Counted from the stretch's first letter, positions 1-10,381 are shown. The stretch is 11,329 nucleotides of DNA from a virus (IMGVR_UViG_2778261360_000002:1-11329); one strand, 5' to 3'. The notes: generated from the letters alone by a model not told the origin. Made by a program: numbers and translations.

Positions 1-6
1 GTCCGT

Positions 7-450
7 CTATATCAGATGGGCGTCTAAGTTACCAATTTTCGTCTGATGGCTACATACGGCGGTCAGTTTACGCTTACCATCCATCCACTCGGTAACGCAG
101 ATCGGATGATTACGGTCCTTGCGGTAAATCCGGCATGTACAGGATTCATTGTCCTGCTCAAAGTCCATGCCATCAAACTGCTGGTTTTCATTGATGATGC
201 GGGACCAGCCATCAACGCCCACCACCGGAACGATGCCATTCTGCTTATCAGGAAAGGCGTAAATTTCTTTCGTCCACGGATTAAGGCCGTACTGGTTGGC
301 AACGATCAACAATGCGATGAACTGCGCATCGCTGGCATCACCTTTAAATGCCGTCTGGCGAAGAGTGGTGATCAGTTCCTGTGGGTCGACAGAATCCATG
401 CCGACACGTTCAGCCAGCTTCCCTGCCAGCGTTGCGAGTGCTGTACTCAT
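7..450 (-). CDS. bet: Bet (RecT-family single-strand annealing protein), about 125 N-terminal residues lambda-like, then an unrelated 22-aa tail and stop; probably a truncated remnant
   Basis: Translation begins MSTALATLAGKLAERVGMDSVDPQELITTLRQTAF and matches lambda Bet as I recall it up to ...VTEWMD, then diverges and stops at 7-9. Lambda Bet is about 261 aa. The first ~75 nt of the window do not resemble lambda. Confidence 0.7.
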   Translation of the reverse strand: MSTALATLAGKLAERVGMDSVDPQELITTLRQTAFKGDASDAQFIALLIVANQYGLNPWTKEIYAFPDKQNGIVPVVGVDGWSRIINENQQFDGMDFEQDNESCTCRIYRKDRNHPICVTEWMDGKRKLTAVCSHQTKIGNLDAHLI

Positions 451-455
451 CCGTT

Positions 456-872
456 TTATACCTCTGAATCAATATCAACCTGGTGGCGGGCAATAGTTTC
501 AACCATGTACCGGATGTGTTCTGCCATGCGTTCCTGAAACTCAACATCGTCATCAAACGCACGGGTAATGGCTTTTTTGCTGGCCCCGTGGCGTTGCAAA
601 TGATCGATGCATAGCGATTCAAACAGGTGCTGGGGCAGGCCTTTTTCCATGTCGTCTGCCAGTTCTGCCTCTTTCTCTTCACGGGCTATCTGCTGGTAGT
701 GACGCGCCCAGCTCTGAGCCTCAAGACGATCCTGAATGTAATAAGCGTTCATGGCCGAACTCCTGAAATAGCTGTGAAAATATCGCCCGCGAAATGCCGG
801 GCTGATTAGGAAAACAGGAAAGGGGGTTAGTGAATGCTTTTGCTTGATCTCAGTTTCAGTATTAATATCCAT
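456..872 (-). CDS. gam: Gam, host RecBCD nuclease inhibitor (138-aa long form; the 98-aa GamS form would start at the internal Met)
   Basis: Translation [59 protein letters not shown]... is near-identical to lambda Gam; lies 5 nt downstream of the bet start as in lambda. Confidence 0.9.
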   Translation of the reverse strand: MDINTETEIKQKHSLTPFPVFLISPAFRGRYFHSYFRSSAMNAYYIQDRLEAQSWARHYQQIAREEKEAELADDMEKGLPQHLFESLCIDHLQRHGASKKAITRAFDDDVEFQERMAEHIRYMVETIARHQVDIDSEV

Positions 873-970
873 TTTTTATAAGCGTCGACGGCCTCACGAA
901 ACATCTTTTCATCGCCAATAAAAGTGGCGATAGTGAATTTAGTCTGGATAGCCATAAGTGTTTGATCCAT
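827..970 (-). CDS. kil: Kil, host-killing/FtsZ-inhibiting protein (47 aa)
   Basis: The internal Met of the 89-aa track ORF gives [47 protein letters not shown], matching lambda Kil; overlaps the gam start and the cIII end as in lambda. Confidence 0.85.
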   Translation of the reverse strand: MDQTLMAIQTKFTIATFIGDEKMFREAVDAYKKWILILKLRSSKSIH

Positions 971-1103
971 TTTTGGGGACTCCTGGCTGATTAAGTATGT
1001 CGATAAGGCGTTTCCATCCGCTACGTAATTTACGGGTGATTCGTTCAAGTAAAGATTCGGAAGGGCAGCCAGCAACAGGCCACCCTGCAATGGCATATTG
1101 CAT
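939..1103 (-). CDS. cIII: CIII, inhibitor of FtsH-mediated CII degradation (54 aa)
   Basis: Hand translation from the ATG at 1103 (minus strand) gives [53 protein letters not shown] with stop at 939-941. Missing from the ORF track because it is short and overlaps kil in another frame. Confidence 0.85.
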   Translation of the reverse strand: MQYAIAGWPVAGCPSESLLERITRKLRSGWKRLIDILNQPGVPKNGSNTYGYPD

Positions 1104-1175
1104 GGTGTGCTCCTTATTTATACATAACGAAAAACGCCTCGAGTGAAGCGTTATTGGTATGCGGTAACGCCGCGC

Positions 1176-1544
1176 TCAGGCGGCTTTGATAGTCATATCA
1201 TCTGAATCAAATATTCCTGATGTATCGATATCGGTAATTCTTATTCCTTCGCTACCATCCATTGGAGGCCATCCTTCCTGACCATTTCCATCATTCCAGT
1301 CGAACTCACACATAACACCATATGCATTTAAGTCGCTTGAAATTGCTATAAGCAGAGCATGTTGCGCCAGCATGATTAATACAGCATTTAATACAGAGCC
1401 GTGTTTATTGAGTCGGTATTCAGAGTCTGACCAGAAATTATTAATCTGGTGAAGTTTTTCCTCTGTCATTACGTCATGGTCGATTTCAATTTCTATTGAT
1501 GCTTTCCAGTCGTAATCAATGATGTATTTTTTGATGTTTGACAT
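1176..1544 (-). CDS. ea10: Ea10 early protein (122 aa)
   Basis: Translation MSNIKKYIIDYDWKASIEIEIDHDVMTEEKLHQINNFWSDSEYRLNKHGSVLNAV... matches lambda Ea10; position upstream of cIII matches lambda. Confidence 0.85.
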   Translation of the reverse strand: MSNIKKYIIDYDWKASIEIEIDHDVMTEEKLHQINNFWSDSEYRLNKHGSVLNAVLIMLAQHALLIAISSDLNAYGVMCEFDWNDGNGQEGWPPMDGSEGIRITDIDTSGIFDSDDMTIKAA

Positions 1545-1563
1545 CTATTCATATCCTCATAGA

Positions 1564-1590
1564 TAAAAAATCGCCCTCACACTGGAGGGC
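1564..1590 (-). terminator. Intrinsic terminator in the pL operon immediately upstream of ea10 (tL2-like)
   Basis: Plus strand reads aaaaaa-tc-GCCCTC-acactg-GAGGGC; on the minus strand this is a 6-bp GC stem followed by a U-tract. Confidence 0.5.
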
Positions 1591-1713
1591 AAAGAAGATT
1601 TCCAATAATCAGAACAAGTCGGCTCCTGTTTAGTTACGAGCGACATTGCTCCGTGTATTCACTCGTTGGAATAAATACACAGTGCAGTGTTTATTAGTAT
1701 GCCTGTCTTTTAA

Positions 1714-2611
<898 letters not shown>

Positions 2612-2769
2612 CTGGATTCTCCTGTCAGTTAGCTTTGGTGGTGTGTGGCAGTTGTAGTCCTGAACGAAAACACCCCGCGATTGGCACATTGGCAGCTAAT
2701 CCGGAATCGCACTTCCGGCCAATGCTTCGTTTCGTATCATACACCCCAAAGCCTTCTGCTTTGAATGCT

Positions 2770-2800
2770 GCCCTTTTTCAGGGCTTAATTTTTAAGAGCA
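2770..2800 (-). promoter_or_regulatory. nutL: nutL (boxB GCCCTGAAAAAGGGC at 2770-2784, boxA-like TGCTCTTAA at 2792-2800, both on the minus strand)
   Basis: The boxB hairpin sequence is read directly from the reverse complement; boxA precedes boxB on the leftward transcript, upstream of N. Confidence 0.8.
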
Positions 2801-2844
2801 TCACCTTCATGGTGGTCAGTGCGTCCTGCTGATGGTTTAAAATT

Positions 2845-2912
2845 ACAAGAAAGATTGTATATTGTAAACAAGAAATATTGTAAAAAGAGGTGTGCAAAAC
2901 AAACTCCATTGT
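2845..2912. promoter_or_regulatory. 434-type OL operator cluster overlapping pL: 14-bp ACAA-N6-TTGT sites at 2845-2858, 2868-2881, 2899-2912
   Basis: Three 14-mers with the phage 434 operator half-sites ACAA/TTGT (acaagaaagattgt, acaagaaatattgt, acaaactccattgt) between nutL and the immunity genes. Confidence 0.75.
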
Positions 2913-2962
2913 TTTTAAACGGAAAATAGTTTGTTTTTTGGTTATTGAGATTGAGGTGGGGA

Positions 2963-4315
<1,353 letters not shown>

Positions 4316-4323
4316 GACATTCC

Positions 4324-4355
4324 CGTTCTTACACATCCCCGCCCTGAAAAAGGGC
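4324..4355 (+). promoter_or_regulatory. nutR: nutR (boxA-like CGTTCTTAC at 4324-4332, boxB GCCCTGAAAAAGGGC at 4341-4355), followed by the tR1 region
   Basis: Exact boxB hairpin sequence immediately downstream of cro, as in lambda. Confidence 0.8.
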
Positions 4356-4404
4356 ATCCAATTAAACCACACCTATGGTGTATGCATTTATTTGCATACA
4401 TTCA

Positions 4405-4460
4405 ATTAATTGTTATCTAAGGAAATACTTACATATGGTTCGTGCAAACAAACGCAACGA
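4405..4460 (-). promoter_or_regulatory. pRE region with CII-binding direct repeats TTGC-N6-TTGC (minus strand, plus coordinates 4444-4457) overlapping the cII 5' end
   Basis: Plus strand gcaaacaaacgcaa is the reverse complement of TTGCGTTTGTTTGC. Position at the cII start matches lambda pRE architecture. Confidence 0.65.
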
Positions 4461-4728
4461 GGCTCTACGAATCGAGAGTGCGTTGCTTAACAAAATCGCA
4501 ATGCTTGGAACTGAGAAGACAGCGGAAGCTGTGGGAGTTGATAAGTCGCAGATCAGCAGGTGGAAGAGAGACTGGATTCCAAAGTTCTCAATGCTGCTTG
4601 CTGTTCTTGAATGGGGTGTCGTTGACGACGACATGGCTCGATTGGCGCGACAAGTTGCTGCGATTCTCACCAATAAAAAACGCCCGGCGGCAACCGAGCG
4701 TTCTGAACAAATCCAGATGGAGTTCTGA
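4435..4728 (+). CDS. cII: CII transcriptional activator (97 aa)
   Basis: MVRANKRNEALRIESALLNKIAMLGTEKTAEAVGVDKSQISRWKRDWIPKFSMLLAVLEWGVVDDDMARLARQVAAILTNKKRPAATERSEQIQMEF matches lambda CII. The true start is the internal Met of the track ORF. Confidence 0.9.
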   Translation: MVRANKRNEALRIESALLNKIAMLGTEKTAEAVGVDKSQISRWKRDWIPKFSMLLAVLEWGVVDDDMARLARQVAAILTNKKRPAATERSEQIQMEF

Positions 4729-4750
4729 GGTCATTACTGGATCAATCCAC
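4674..4750 (-). ncRNA. oop: oop antisense RNA (about 77 nt) covering the cII 3' end, with intrinsic terminator
   Basis: Minus-strand sequence from about 4750 down to the U-tract at about 4675 matches lambda oop RNA as I recall it (…CCAGUAAUGACCUCAGAACUCCAUCUGGAUUUGUUCAGAACGCUCGGUUGCCGCCGGGCGUUUUUU). Confidence 0.75.
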
Positions 4751-4760
4751 AGGAGTCATT

Positions 4761-5660
4761 ATGACAAATACAGCAAAAATACTCAACTTCTGCAGAGGTA
4801 ACTTTGCCAAACAGGAGCGTAATGTGGCAGATCTCGATGATGGTTACGCCAGACTATCAAATATGCTGCTTGAGGCTTATTCAGGCGCAGATCTGACCAA
4901 GCGACAGTTTAAAGTGCTGCTTGCCATTCTGCGTAAAACCTATGGGTGGAATAAACCAATGGACAGAATCACCGATTCTCAACTTAGCGAGATTACAAAG
5001 TTACCCGTCAAACGGTGCAATGAAGCCAAGTTAGAACTCGTCAGAATGAATATTATCAAGCAACAATGCGGCATGTTTGGACCAAATAAAAACATCTCAG
5101 AATGGTGTATCCCTCAAAACGAGGGAAAATCCCCTAAAACGAGGGATAAAACATCCCTCAAATTGGGGGATTGCTATCCCTCAAAACAGGGGGACACAAA
5201 AGACACTATTACAAAAGAAAAAAGAAAAGATTATTCGTCCGAGAATTCTGGCGAATCCTCTGACCAGCCAGAAAACGATCTTTCTGTGGTTAAACCGGAT
5301 GCTGCAATTCAGAGCGGCAGCAAGTGGGGGACAGCAGAAGACCTGACCGCCGCAGAGTGGATGTTTGACATGGTGAAGACTATCGCACCATCAGCCAGAA
5401 AACCGAATTTTGCTGGGTGGGCTAACGATATCCGCCTGATGCGTGAACGTGACGGACGCAACCATCGCGACATGTGTGTACTGTTCCGCTGGGCATGCCA
5501 GGACAACTTCTGGTCCGGTAACGTGCTTAGCCCGGCCAAACTCCGCGACAAGTGGACCCAGCTCGAAATCAACCGTAACAAGCAACAGGCAGCCGTGACA
5601 GCCAGCAAACCAAAACTCGACTTGACAAACACAGACTGGATTTACGGGGTGGATCTATGA
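4761..5660 (+). CDS. O: Replication initiator O (299 aa)
   Basis: MTNTAKILNFCRGNFAKQERNVADLDDGYARLSNMLLEAY... matches lambda O; the gene contains the ori iterons. Confidence 0.9.
   Translation: MTNTAKILNFCRGNFAKQERNVADLDDGYARLSNMLLEAYSGADLTKRQFKVLLAILRKTYGWNKPMDRITDSQLSEITKLPVKRCNEAKLELVRMNIIKQQCGMFGPNKNISEWCIPQNEGKSPKTRDKTSLKLGDCYPSKQGDTKDTITKEKRKDYSSENSGESSDQPENDLSVVKPDAAIQSGSKWGTAEDLTAAEWMFDMVKTIAPSARKPNFAGWANDIRLMRERDGRNHRDMCVLFRWACQDNFWSGNVLSPAKLRDKWTQLEINRNKQQAAVTASKPKLDLTNTDWIYGVDL
5110..5240. repeat. ori-lambda: four about 19-bp iterons (ATCCCTCAAAACGAGGGA-type, about 5110-5195) followed by an A/T-rich unwinding region (about 5196-5240) inside O
   Basis: Four tandem copies of the tccctcaaaac-N-ggga motif are visible, then aaagacactattacaaaagaaaaaagaaaagattatt. 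Confidence 0.85.
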
Positions 5661-6358
5661 AAAACATCGCCGCACAGATGGTTAACTTTGACCGTGAGCA
5701 GATGCGTCGGATCGCCAACAACATGCCGGAACAGTACGACGAAAAGCCTCAGGTACAGCAGGTAGCGCAGATCATCAACGGTGTGTTCAGCCAGTTACTG
5801 GCAACTTTCCCGGCGAGCCTGGCTAACCGTGACCAGAACGAACTGAACGAAATCCGCCGCCAGTGGGTTCTGGCTTTCCGGGAAAACGGGATCACCACAA
5901 TGGAACAGGTTAACGCAGGAATGCGCGTAGCCCGTCGGCAGAATCGACCATTTCTGCCATCACCCGGGCAGTTTGTTGCATGGTGCCGGGAAGAAGCATC
6001 CGTTATCGCCGGACTGCCAAACGTCAGCGAGCTGGTTGATATGGTTTACGAGTATTGCCGGAAGCGAGGCCTGTATCCGGATGCGGAGTCTTATCCGTGG
6101 AAATCAAACGCGCACTACTGGCTGGTTACCAACCTGTATCAGAACATGCGGGCCAATGCGCTTACTGATGCGGAATTACGCCGTAAGGCCGCAGATGAGC
6201 TTGTCCATATGACTGCGAGAATTAACCGTGGTGAGGCGATCCCTGAACCAGTAAAACAACTTCCTGTCATGGGCGGTAGACCTCTAAATCGTGTTCAGGC
6301 GCTGGCGAAGATCGCAGAAATTAAAGCTAAGTTCGGACTGAAAGGAGCAAGTCTATGA
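5657..6358 (+). CDS. P: Replication protein P (DnaB helicase loader, 233 aa)
   Basis: MKNIAAQMVNFDREQMRRIANNMPEQYDEKPQVQQVAQIINGVFSQ... matches lambda P; ATGA overlap with the O stop. Confidence 0.9.
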   Translation: MKNIAAQMVNFDREQMRRIANNMPEQYDEKPQVQQVAQIINGVFSQLLATFPASLANRDQNELNEIRRQWVLAFRENGITTMEQVNAGMRVARRQNRPFLPSPGQFVAWCREEASVIAGLPNVSELVDMVYEYCRKRGLYPDAESYPWKSNAHYWLVTNLYQNMRANALTDAELRRKAADELVHMTARINRGEAIPEPVKQLPVMGGRPLNRVQALAKIAEIKAKFGLKGASL

Positions 6359-6645
6359 CGGGCAAAGAGGCAATTATTCATTATCTGGAGACGCACAAGA
6401 GCTTCTGTGCGCCGGACGTTGCCGCGCTAACAGGCGCAACAGTAACCAGCATAAATCAGGCTGCGGCTAAAATGGCACGGGCAGGTCTTCTGGTTATCGA
6501 AGGTAAGGTCTGGCGAACGGTGTATTACCGGTTTGCTACCAAGGAAGAACGGGAAGGAAAGATGAGCACGAACCTAATTTTTAAGGAGTGTCGCCAGAGT
6601 GCCGCGATGAAACGGGTATTGGCGGTATATGGAGTTAAAAGATGA
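6355..6645 (+). CDS. ren: Ren (protection from Rex exclusion, 96 aa)
   Basis: MTGKEAIIHYLETHKSFCAPDVAALTGATVTSINQAAAKMARAGLLVIEGKVWRTVYYRFATKEEREGKMSTNLIFKECRQSAAMKRVLAVYGVKR matches lambda Ren; ATGA overlap with the P stop. Confidence 0.85.
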   Translation: MTGKEAIIHYLETHKSFCAPDVAALTGATVTSINQAAAKMARAGLLVIEGKVWRTVYYRFATKEEREGKMSTNLIFKECRQSAAMKRVLAVYGVKR

Positions 6646-6669
6646 CCATCTACATCACTGAGCTAATAA

Positions 6670-6700
6670 CAGGCCTGCTGGTAATCGCAGGCCTTTTTAT
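6670..6700 (+). terminator. tR2 intrinsic terminator between ren and ninB
   Basis: caGGCCTGCtggtaatcGCAGGCCttttta: 8-bp stem, 8-nt loop, T-tract. Confidence 0.8.
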
Positions 6701-6718
6701 TTGGGGGAGAGGGAAGTC

Positions 6719-7159
6719 ATGAAAAAACTAACCTTTGAAATTCGATCTCCAGCACATCAGCAGAACGCTATTCACGCAGTACAGCAAATCCTTCCAGACC
6801 CAACCAAACCAATCGTAGTAACCATTCAGGAACGCAACCGCAGCTTAGACCAGAATCGAAAGCTTTGGGCTTGCCTTGGTGACGTCTCTCGTCAGGTTGA
6901 ATGGCATGGTCGCTGGCTGGATGCAGAAAGCTGGAAGTGTGTGTTTACCGCAGCATTAAAGCAGCAGGATGTTGTTCCTAACCTTGCCGGGAATGGCTTT
7001 GTGGTAATAGGCCAGTCAACCAGCAGGATGCGTGTAAGCGAATTTGCGGAGCTATTAGAGCTTATACAGGCATTCGGTACAGAGCGTGGCGTTAAGTGGT
7101 CAGACGAAGCGCGACTGGCTCTGGAATGGAAAGCGCGATGGGGAGACAGGGCGGCATGA
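6719..7159 (+). CDS. ninB: NinB (Orf family recombination mediator, 146 aa)
   Basis: From the internal Met: [84 protein letters not shown]... matches lambda NinB. Confidence 0.85.
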   Translation: MKKLTFEIRSPAHQQNAIHAVQQILPDPTKPIVVTIQERNRSLDQNRKLWACLGDVSRQVEWHGRWLDAESWKCVFTAALKQQDVVPNLAGNGFVVIGQSTSRMRVSEFAELLELIQAFGTERGVKWSDEARLALEWKARWGDRAA

Positions 7160-7338
7160 GACGACAGCGACGAAGTTTCACCGACATCATCTGCGAAAAC
7201 TGCAAATACCTTCCAACGAAACGCTCCAGAAATAAACGCAAGCCAATCCCAAAAGAATCTGACGTAAAAACCTTCAACTACACGGCTCACCTGTGGGATA
7301 TCCGGTGGCTAAGACATCGTGCGAGGAAAACAAGGTGA
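7156..7338 (+). CDS. ninE: NinE (60 aa)
   Basis: The internal Met of the track ORF gives [60 protein letters not shown], matching lambda NinE. The ATGA overlap with the ninB stop implies ninC and ninD are absent here. Confidence 0.85.
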   Translation: MRRQRRSFTDIICENCKYLPTKRSRNKRKPIPKESDVKTFNYTAHLWDIRWLRHRARKTR

Positions 7339-7424
7339 TTGACGCGATGATTTATTCGGGGCTATATTCCTCACGCGCCAGCAAAATCTGGCGTCGGGAT
7401 TAGCACCCCGGATATCGAAACGGT

Positions 7425-7450
7425 GCATAACCGCGCTGGCGGTTTTTTTA
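7425..7450 (+). terminator. Candidate intrinsic terminator within the ninE-ant intergenic leader
   Basis: gcataaCCGCgctgGCGGtttttttatgc: short GC stem plus T8, flanked by the gcataa/ttatgc inverted repeat. Confidence 0.45.
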
Positions 7451-7613
7451 TGCGCTAAGCACAGTCACATTCGCGATTTATGGCGGGCTGTGTGGGGGAG
7501 CCGAAAGGCTCGCCGGATGTTTCGACCGGTAGTGCTAACCCCGCACAGTTCGCCACCACGATGATTAGCACCTGACGGTGGCGAGGTAAAAATTATCGAA
7601 ACGCGAGGTCATT

Positions 7614-8291
7614 ATGGCTGTTCAAATTTCTGTCGAAAACCTTTCCCCTGTTACCTATAACCAGATCCCCGTAATTACTACTGAACTGTTGGCTCACCTT
7701 TACGGAACAAAAATCAAAAACATTTCTGATAACTTTCTGAACAACACGACGCGATTCATGCCCGGAAAGCATTACTTTAAAATTGAAAAAAACGAATTAC
7801 GCGAGTTTAAGAACAGACCCGAAACAATCGGGTTAGTTGGTAAAAATGCCCGCGCCCTCATCCTCTGGACAGAACGCGGCGCAGCCCGTCACGCAAAAAT
7901 GCTCGAAACCGATCAGGCGTGGGAAGTGTTCGAAAAACTGGAAGACTGCTATTTCAGCCAGTGCGAGAAAAATACTGGCAAACAAGAGAAGAAGCCCAAC
8001 GGGCTTTCCGCAAAAGAAACAGACAGCCTTGTATGGCTGTGGGATTATGCCAACCGCTCACAGGCATTGTTCCGTGAGTTGTATCCCGCATTAAAACTGA
8101 TTCAGTCTGGCTATTCCGGCATATGCTACGACTACGGTCATGAGTTCTCGTATGTTATTGGAATGGCGAGAGACGTTTTAATTAATCACACACGAGATGT
8201 TGATATCAATGAGCCAGACGGACCAACGAACCTTCTGGCATGGGAAAGGCTTAAGAACAAAGAATTGCCGCCTTCACTGCATCGCTACTGA
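7614..8291 (+). CDS. Antirepressor-like phage regulatory protein (225 aa; N-terminal domain resembles the antirepressor/ORF6N-type fold), nin-region moron
   Basis: SD GAGGT 5 nt before the ATG. N-terminal region ...[38 protein letters not shown]...[34 protein letters not shown] is typical of phage antirepressor N-terminal domains by recollection only. Moderately AT-rich. Followed by a strong terminator. Confidence 0.6.
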   Translation: MAVQISVENLSPVTYNQIPVITTELLAHLYGTKIKNISDNFLNNTTRFMPGKHYFKIEKNELREFKNRPETIGLVGKNARALILWTERGAARHAKMLETDQAWEVFEKLEDCYFSQCEKNTGKQEKKPNGLSAKETDSLVWLWDYANRSQALFRELYPALKLIQSGYSGICYDYGHEFSYVIGMARDVLINHTRDVDINEPDGPTNLLAWERLKNKELPPSLHRY

Positions 8292-8309
8292 CAATTGACA
8301 ACTTAACAA

Positions 8310-8332
8310 ACCCAGCTTCGGCTGGGTTTTTT
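8310..8332 (+). terminator. Intrinsic terminator after the antirepressor-like gene
   Basis: aCCCAGCttcgGCTGGGtttttt: 6-7-bp stem, tetraloop, T6. Confidence 0.8.
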
Positions 8333-8365
8333 ATTGCTGAATTTTCAATGTGAGAGGACATGACA

Positions 8366-9088
8366 ATGAATGAGCTGATAAATAGCAATGCCATCAAAAT
8401 GACAAGCATTGAAATCGCTGAGTTGGTGGGAAGTCGTCATGACAAGGTGAAACAATCCATTGAACGACTGGCTGTTCGAGGTGTGATCCGAAATCCCCCA
8501 ATGGTGGTTTTCGAAAAAATCAATAACTTAGGATTACTTCGTGGCGTAGAGGCTTACGTTTTTGAGGGCGAACAAGGTAAGCGCGACAGCATTATTGTCG
8601 TTGCCCAGTTGTCGCCGGAATTCACCGCTCGCCTTGTTGACCGCTGGCGAGAACTCGAAGGGGCAACCGCGAAAATACCACAAACCTTTTCTGAGGCATT
8701 GCGCCTTGCGGCCGACCTTGAAGACCAGAAGGCTGAACTGGAGAAACAGCTTGCTCTCGCAGCACCTAAAGTTGAGTTTGCCGATCGCGTTGGCGAGTCC
8801 AGCGGAATTTTGATTGGAAACTTTGCAAAGGTTGTTGGTATTGGTCCAAACAAACTGTTTGCGTGGATGCGCGATCACAAAATCCTTATTGCTTCAGGCT
8901 CCCGGCGCAATGTGCCAATGCAGGAATATATGGATCGTGGCTATTTCACAGTGAAAGAAACAGCGGTCAACACAAATCACGGAATACAGATATCGTTCAC
9001 CACAAAAATCACCGGGCGTGGTCAACAGTGGCTGACCAGAAAGCTGCTCGATAACGGAATGCTGAAAGTAACAGGGGAGGCTGCTTAA
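8366..9088 (+). CDS. Rha-family phage regulatory protein with C-terminal KilA-C/antirepressor-type domain (Roi-like); start at 8366 preferred, 8360 possible
   Basis: N-terminus ...[40 protein letters not shown] is a Rha-type (Phage_pRha) signature. The C-terminal half ...[38 protein letters not shown]... resembles the KilA-C/Ant C-terminal domain. SD GAGAGGA is 7 nt before the ATG at 8366. Confidence 0.7.
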   Translation: MNELINSNAIKMTSIEIAELVGSRHDKVKQSIERLAVRGVIRNPPMVVFEKINNLGLLRGVEAYVFEGEQGKRDSIIVVAQLSPEFTARLVDRWRELEGATAKIPQTFSEALRLAADLEDQKAELEKQLALAAPKVEFADRVGESSGILIGNFAKVVGIGPNKLFAWMRDHKILIASGSRRNVPMQEYMDRGYFTVKETAVNTNHGIQISFTTKITGRGQQWLTRKLLDNGMLKVTGEAA

Positions 9089-9693
9089 TGGCTAAACCAG
9101 CGCGAAGGAAATGCAAAATATGCAAGGAATGTTTTCACCCGGCATTCTCAAATCAGTGGTGGTGCTGCCCGGAACACGGAACTCAATTAGCACTCGAACG
9201 ACGAAGTAAAGAACGCGAAAAAGCGGAAAAAGCAGCAGAGAAGAAACGACGACGAGAGGAGCAGAAACAGAAAGATAAACTGAAGATTCGAAAACTCGCC
9301 TTAAAGCCCCGCAGTTACTGGATTAAACAAGCCCAACAAGCCGTAAACGCCTTCGTCAGAGAAAGAGACCGCGACTTACCATGTATCTCGTGCGGAACGC
9401 TCACGTCTGCTCAGTGGGATGCCGGACATTACCGGACAACTGCTGCGGCACCTCAACTCCGATTTGATGAACGCAATATTCACAAGCAATGCGTGGTGTG
9501 CAACCAGCACAAAAGCGGAAATCTCGTTCCGTATCGCGTCGAACTGATTAGCCGCATCGGGCAGGAAGCAGTAGACGAAATCGAATCAAACCATAACCGC
9601 CATCGCTGGACTGTCGAAGAGTGCAGGGCCATCAAGGCGAAGTATCAGCAGAAACTTAAAGACCTGCGAAACAGCAGAAGTGAGGCCGCATGA
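9088..9693 (+). CDS. ninG: NinG (Rap) structure-specific recombination endonuclease (201 aa)
   Basis: [89 protein letters not shown]... matches lambda NinG/Rap. Confidence 0.85.
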   Translation: MAKPARRKCKICKECFHPAFSNQWWCCPEHGTQLALERRSKEREKAEKAAEKKRRREEQKQKDKLKIRKLALKPRSYWIKQAQQAVNAFVRERDRDLPCISCGTLTSAQWDAGHYRTTAAAPQLRFDERNIHKQCVVCNQHKSGNLVPYRVELISRIGQEAVDEIESNHNRHRWTVEECRAIKAKYQQKLKDLRNSRSEAA

Positions 9694-9884
9694 CGTTCAC
9701 AGTAAAAACCATTCCTGACATGCTCGTTGAGGCATATGAAAATCAGACCGAGGTAGCCAGAATACTGAACTGCAATCGTGCCACAGTCAGAAAATACATT
9801 GGCGATAAAGAAGGGAAAAAGCACGCCGTCGTCAATGGCGTCCTTATGGTTCATCGCGGATGGGGTAAAGATACTGATGCGTGA
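9690..9884 (+). CDS. ninH: NinH (64 aa)
   Basis: [58 protein letters not shown]... resembles lambda NinH; ATGA overlap with the ninG stop. Confidence 0.8.
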
Positions 9885-10311
9885 TATCCGGCAGGTTCTT
9901 GAGCGCTGGGGTGCATGGGCGGCAAATAACCATGAGGATGTTACATGGTCGCCCATTGCTGCCGGATTTAAGGGACTGATCCCCGAAAAAGTAAAATCAC
10001 GTCCACAGTGTTGTGACGATGACGCGATGATTATATGCGGGTGTATGGCTCGCCTTAACAGGAACAACAGCGATCTGCATGACTTGCTGGTTGATTATTA
10101 CGTGTTGGGGGAGACGTTCATGGCGCTGGCACGGAAACATGGGTGCTCTGACACCTGTATAGGTAAACGCCTTCACAAAGCGGAGGGGATTGTTGAAGGC
10201 ATGCTGATGATGCTGGGAGTGAGGCTTGAGATGGATCGGTATGTTGAGCGTGAATTGCCGGGAGGGAGAACCTCTGTATTTTATCAGCGAAAAAATAGTT
10301 TACGATCGTAA
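9877..10311 (+). CDS. Q: Late-gene antiterminator Q, non-lambda type (phage 21/82, QuuD-like family, 144 aa)
   Basis: [60 protein letters not shown]... resembles E. coli prophage QuuD-type Q proteins by recollection. Occupies the Q position after ninH. The track ORF's N-terminal extension (start 9778) overlaps ninH and is rejected. Confidence 0.7.
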
Positions 10312-10358
10312 AAATCTGCATATCATGATAAGAGTGGTTACATTGCCACGCAGCCGAA

Positions 10359-10381
10359 CCCGCCGATGCGCGGGTTTTTTT
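10359..10381 (+). terminator. Intrinsic terminator about 50 nt downstream of Q (candidate tR' of a short pR' transcript, or the end of the Q transcript)
   Basis: CCCGCCgatgGCGCGGGttttttt: 6-bp GC stem, tetraloop, T7. Confidence 0.75.

Noticed and set aside
46-537. 163-aa plus-strand ORF
   Set aside because: Lies antisense to the well-supported bet gene and the gam 3' end; shadow ORF with no start context.
4442-4801. 119-aa plus-strand ORF, and 86-aa minus ORF at 4413-4673
   Set aside because: Alternate frame or antisense of cII; the region is already explained by cII, oop and pRE.
5077-5632. ORFs of 89, 107 and 64 aa inside O
   Set aside because: Alternate-frame or antisense ORFs within the O gene and ori iterons; O is strongly supported.
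5973-6212. 79-aa ORF inside P
   Set aside because: Alternate frame of P.
6892-7290. 132-aa and 61-aa minus-strand ORFs
   Set aside because: Antisense to ninB and ninE.
7837-8094. 85-aa plus-strand ORF inside the antirepressor-like gene
   Set aside because: Alternate frame of the longer, RBS-supported ORF.
8284-8300. TTGACA hexamers (tgacaattgaca) after the antirepressor-like gene as a promoter
   Set aside because: No suitably spaced -10 element; the sequence sits directly in front of the terminator hairpin and is more likely part of the 3' UTR.
8534-9054. Several 63-114-aa ORFs on both strands
   Set aside because: Alternate-frame or antisense ORFs within the Rha/KilA-C gene.
9778-9876. 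N-terminal extension of Q from the track
   Set aside because: Overlaps the ninH coding region in another frame; the Q-family similarity begins at the Met at 9877.
9645-10067. 140-aa minus-strand ORF
   Set aside because: Antisense to ninH and Q.
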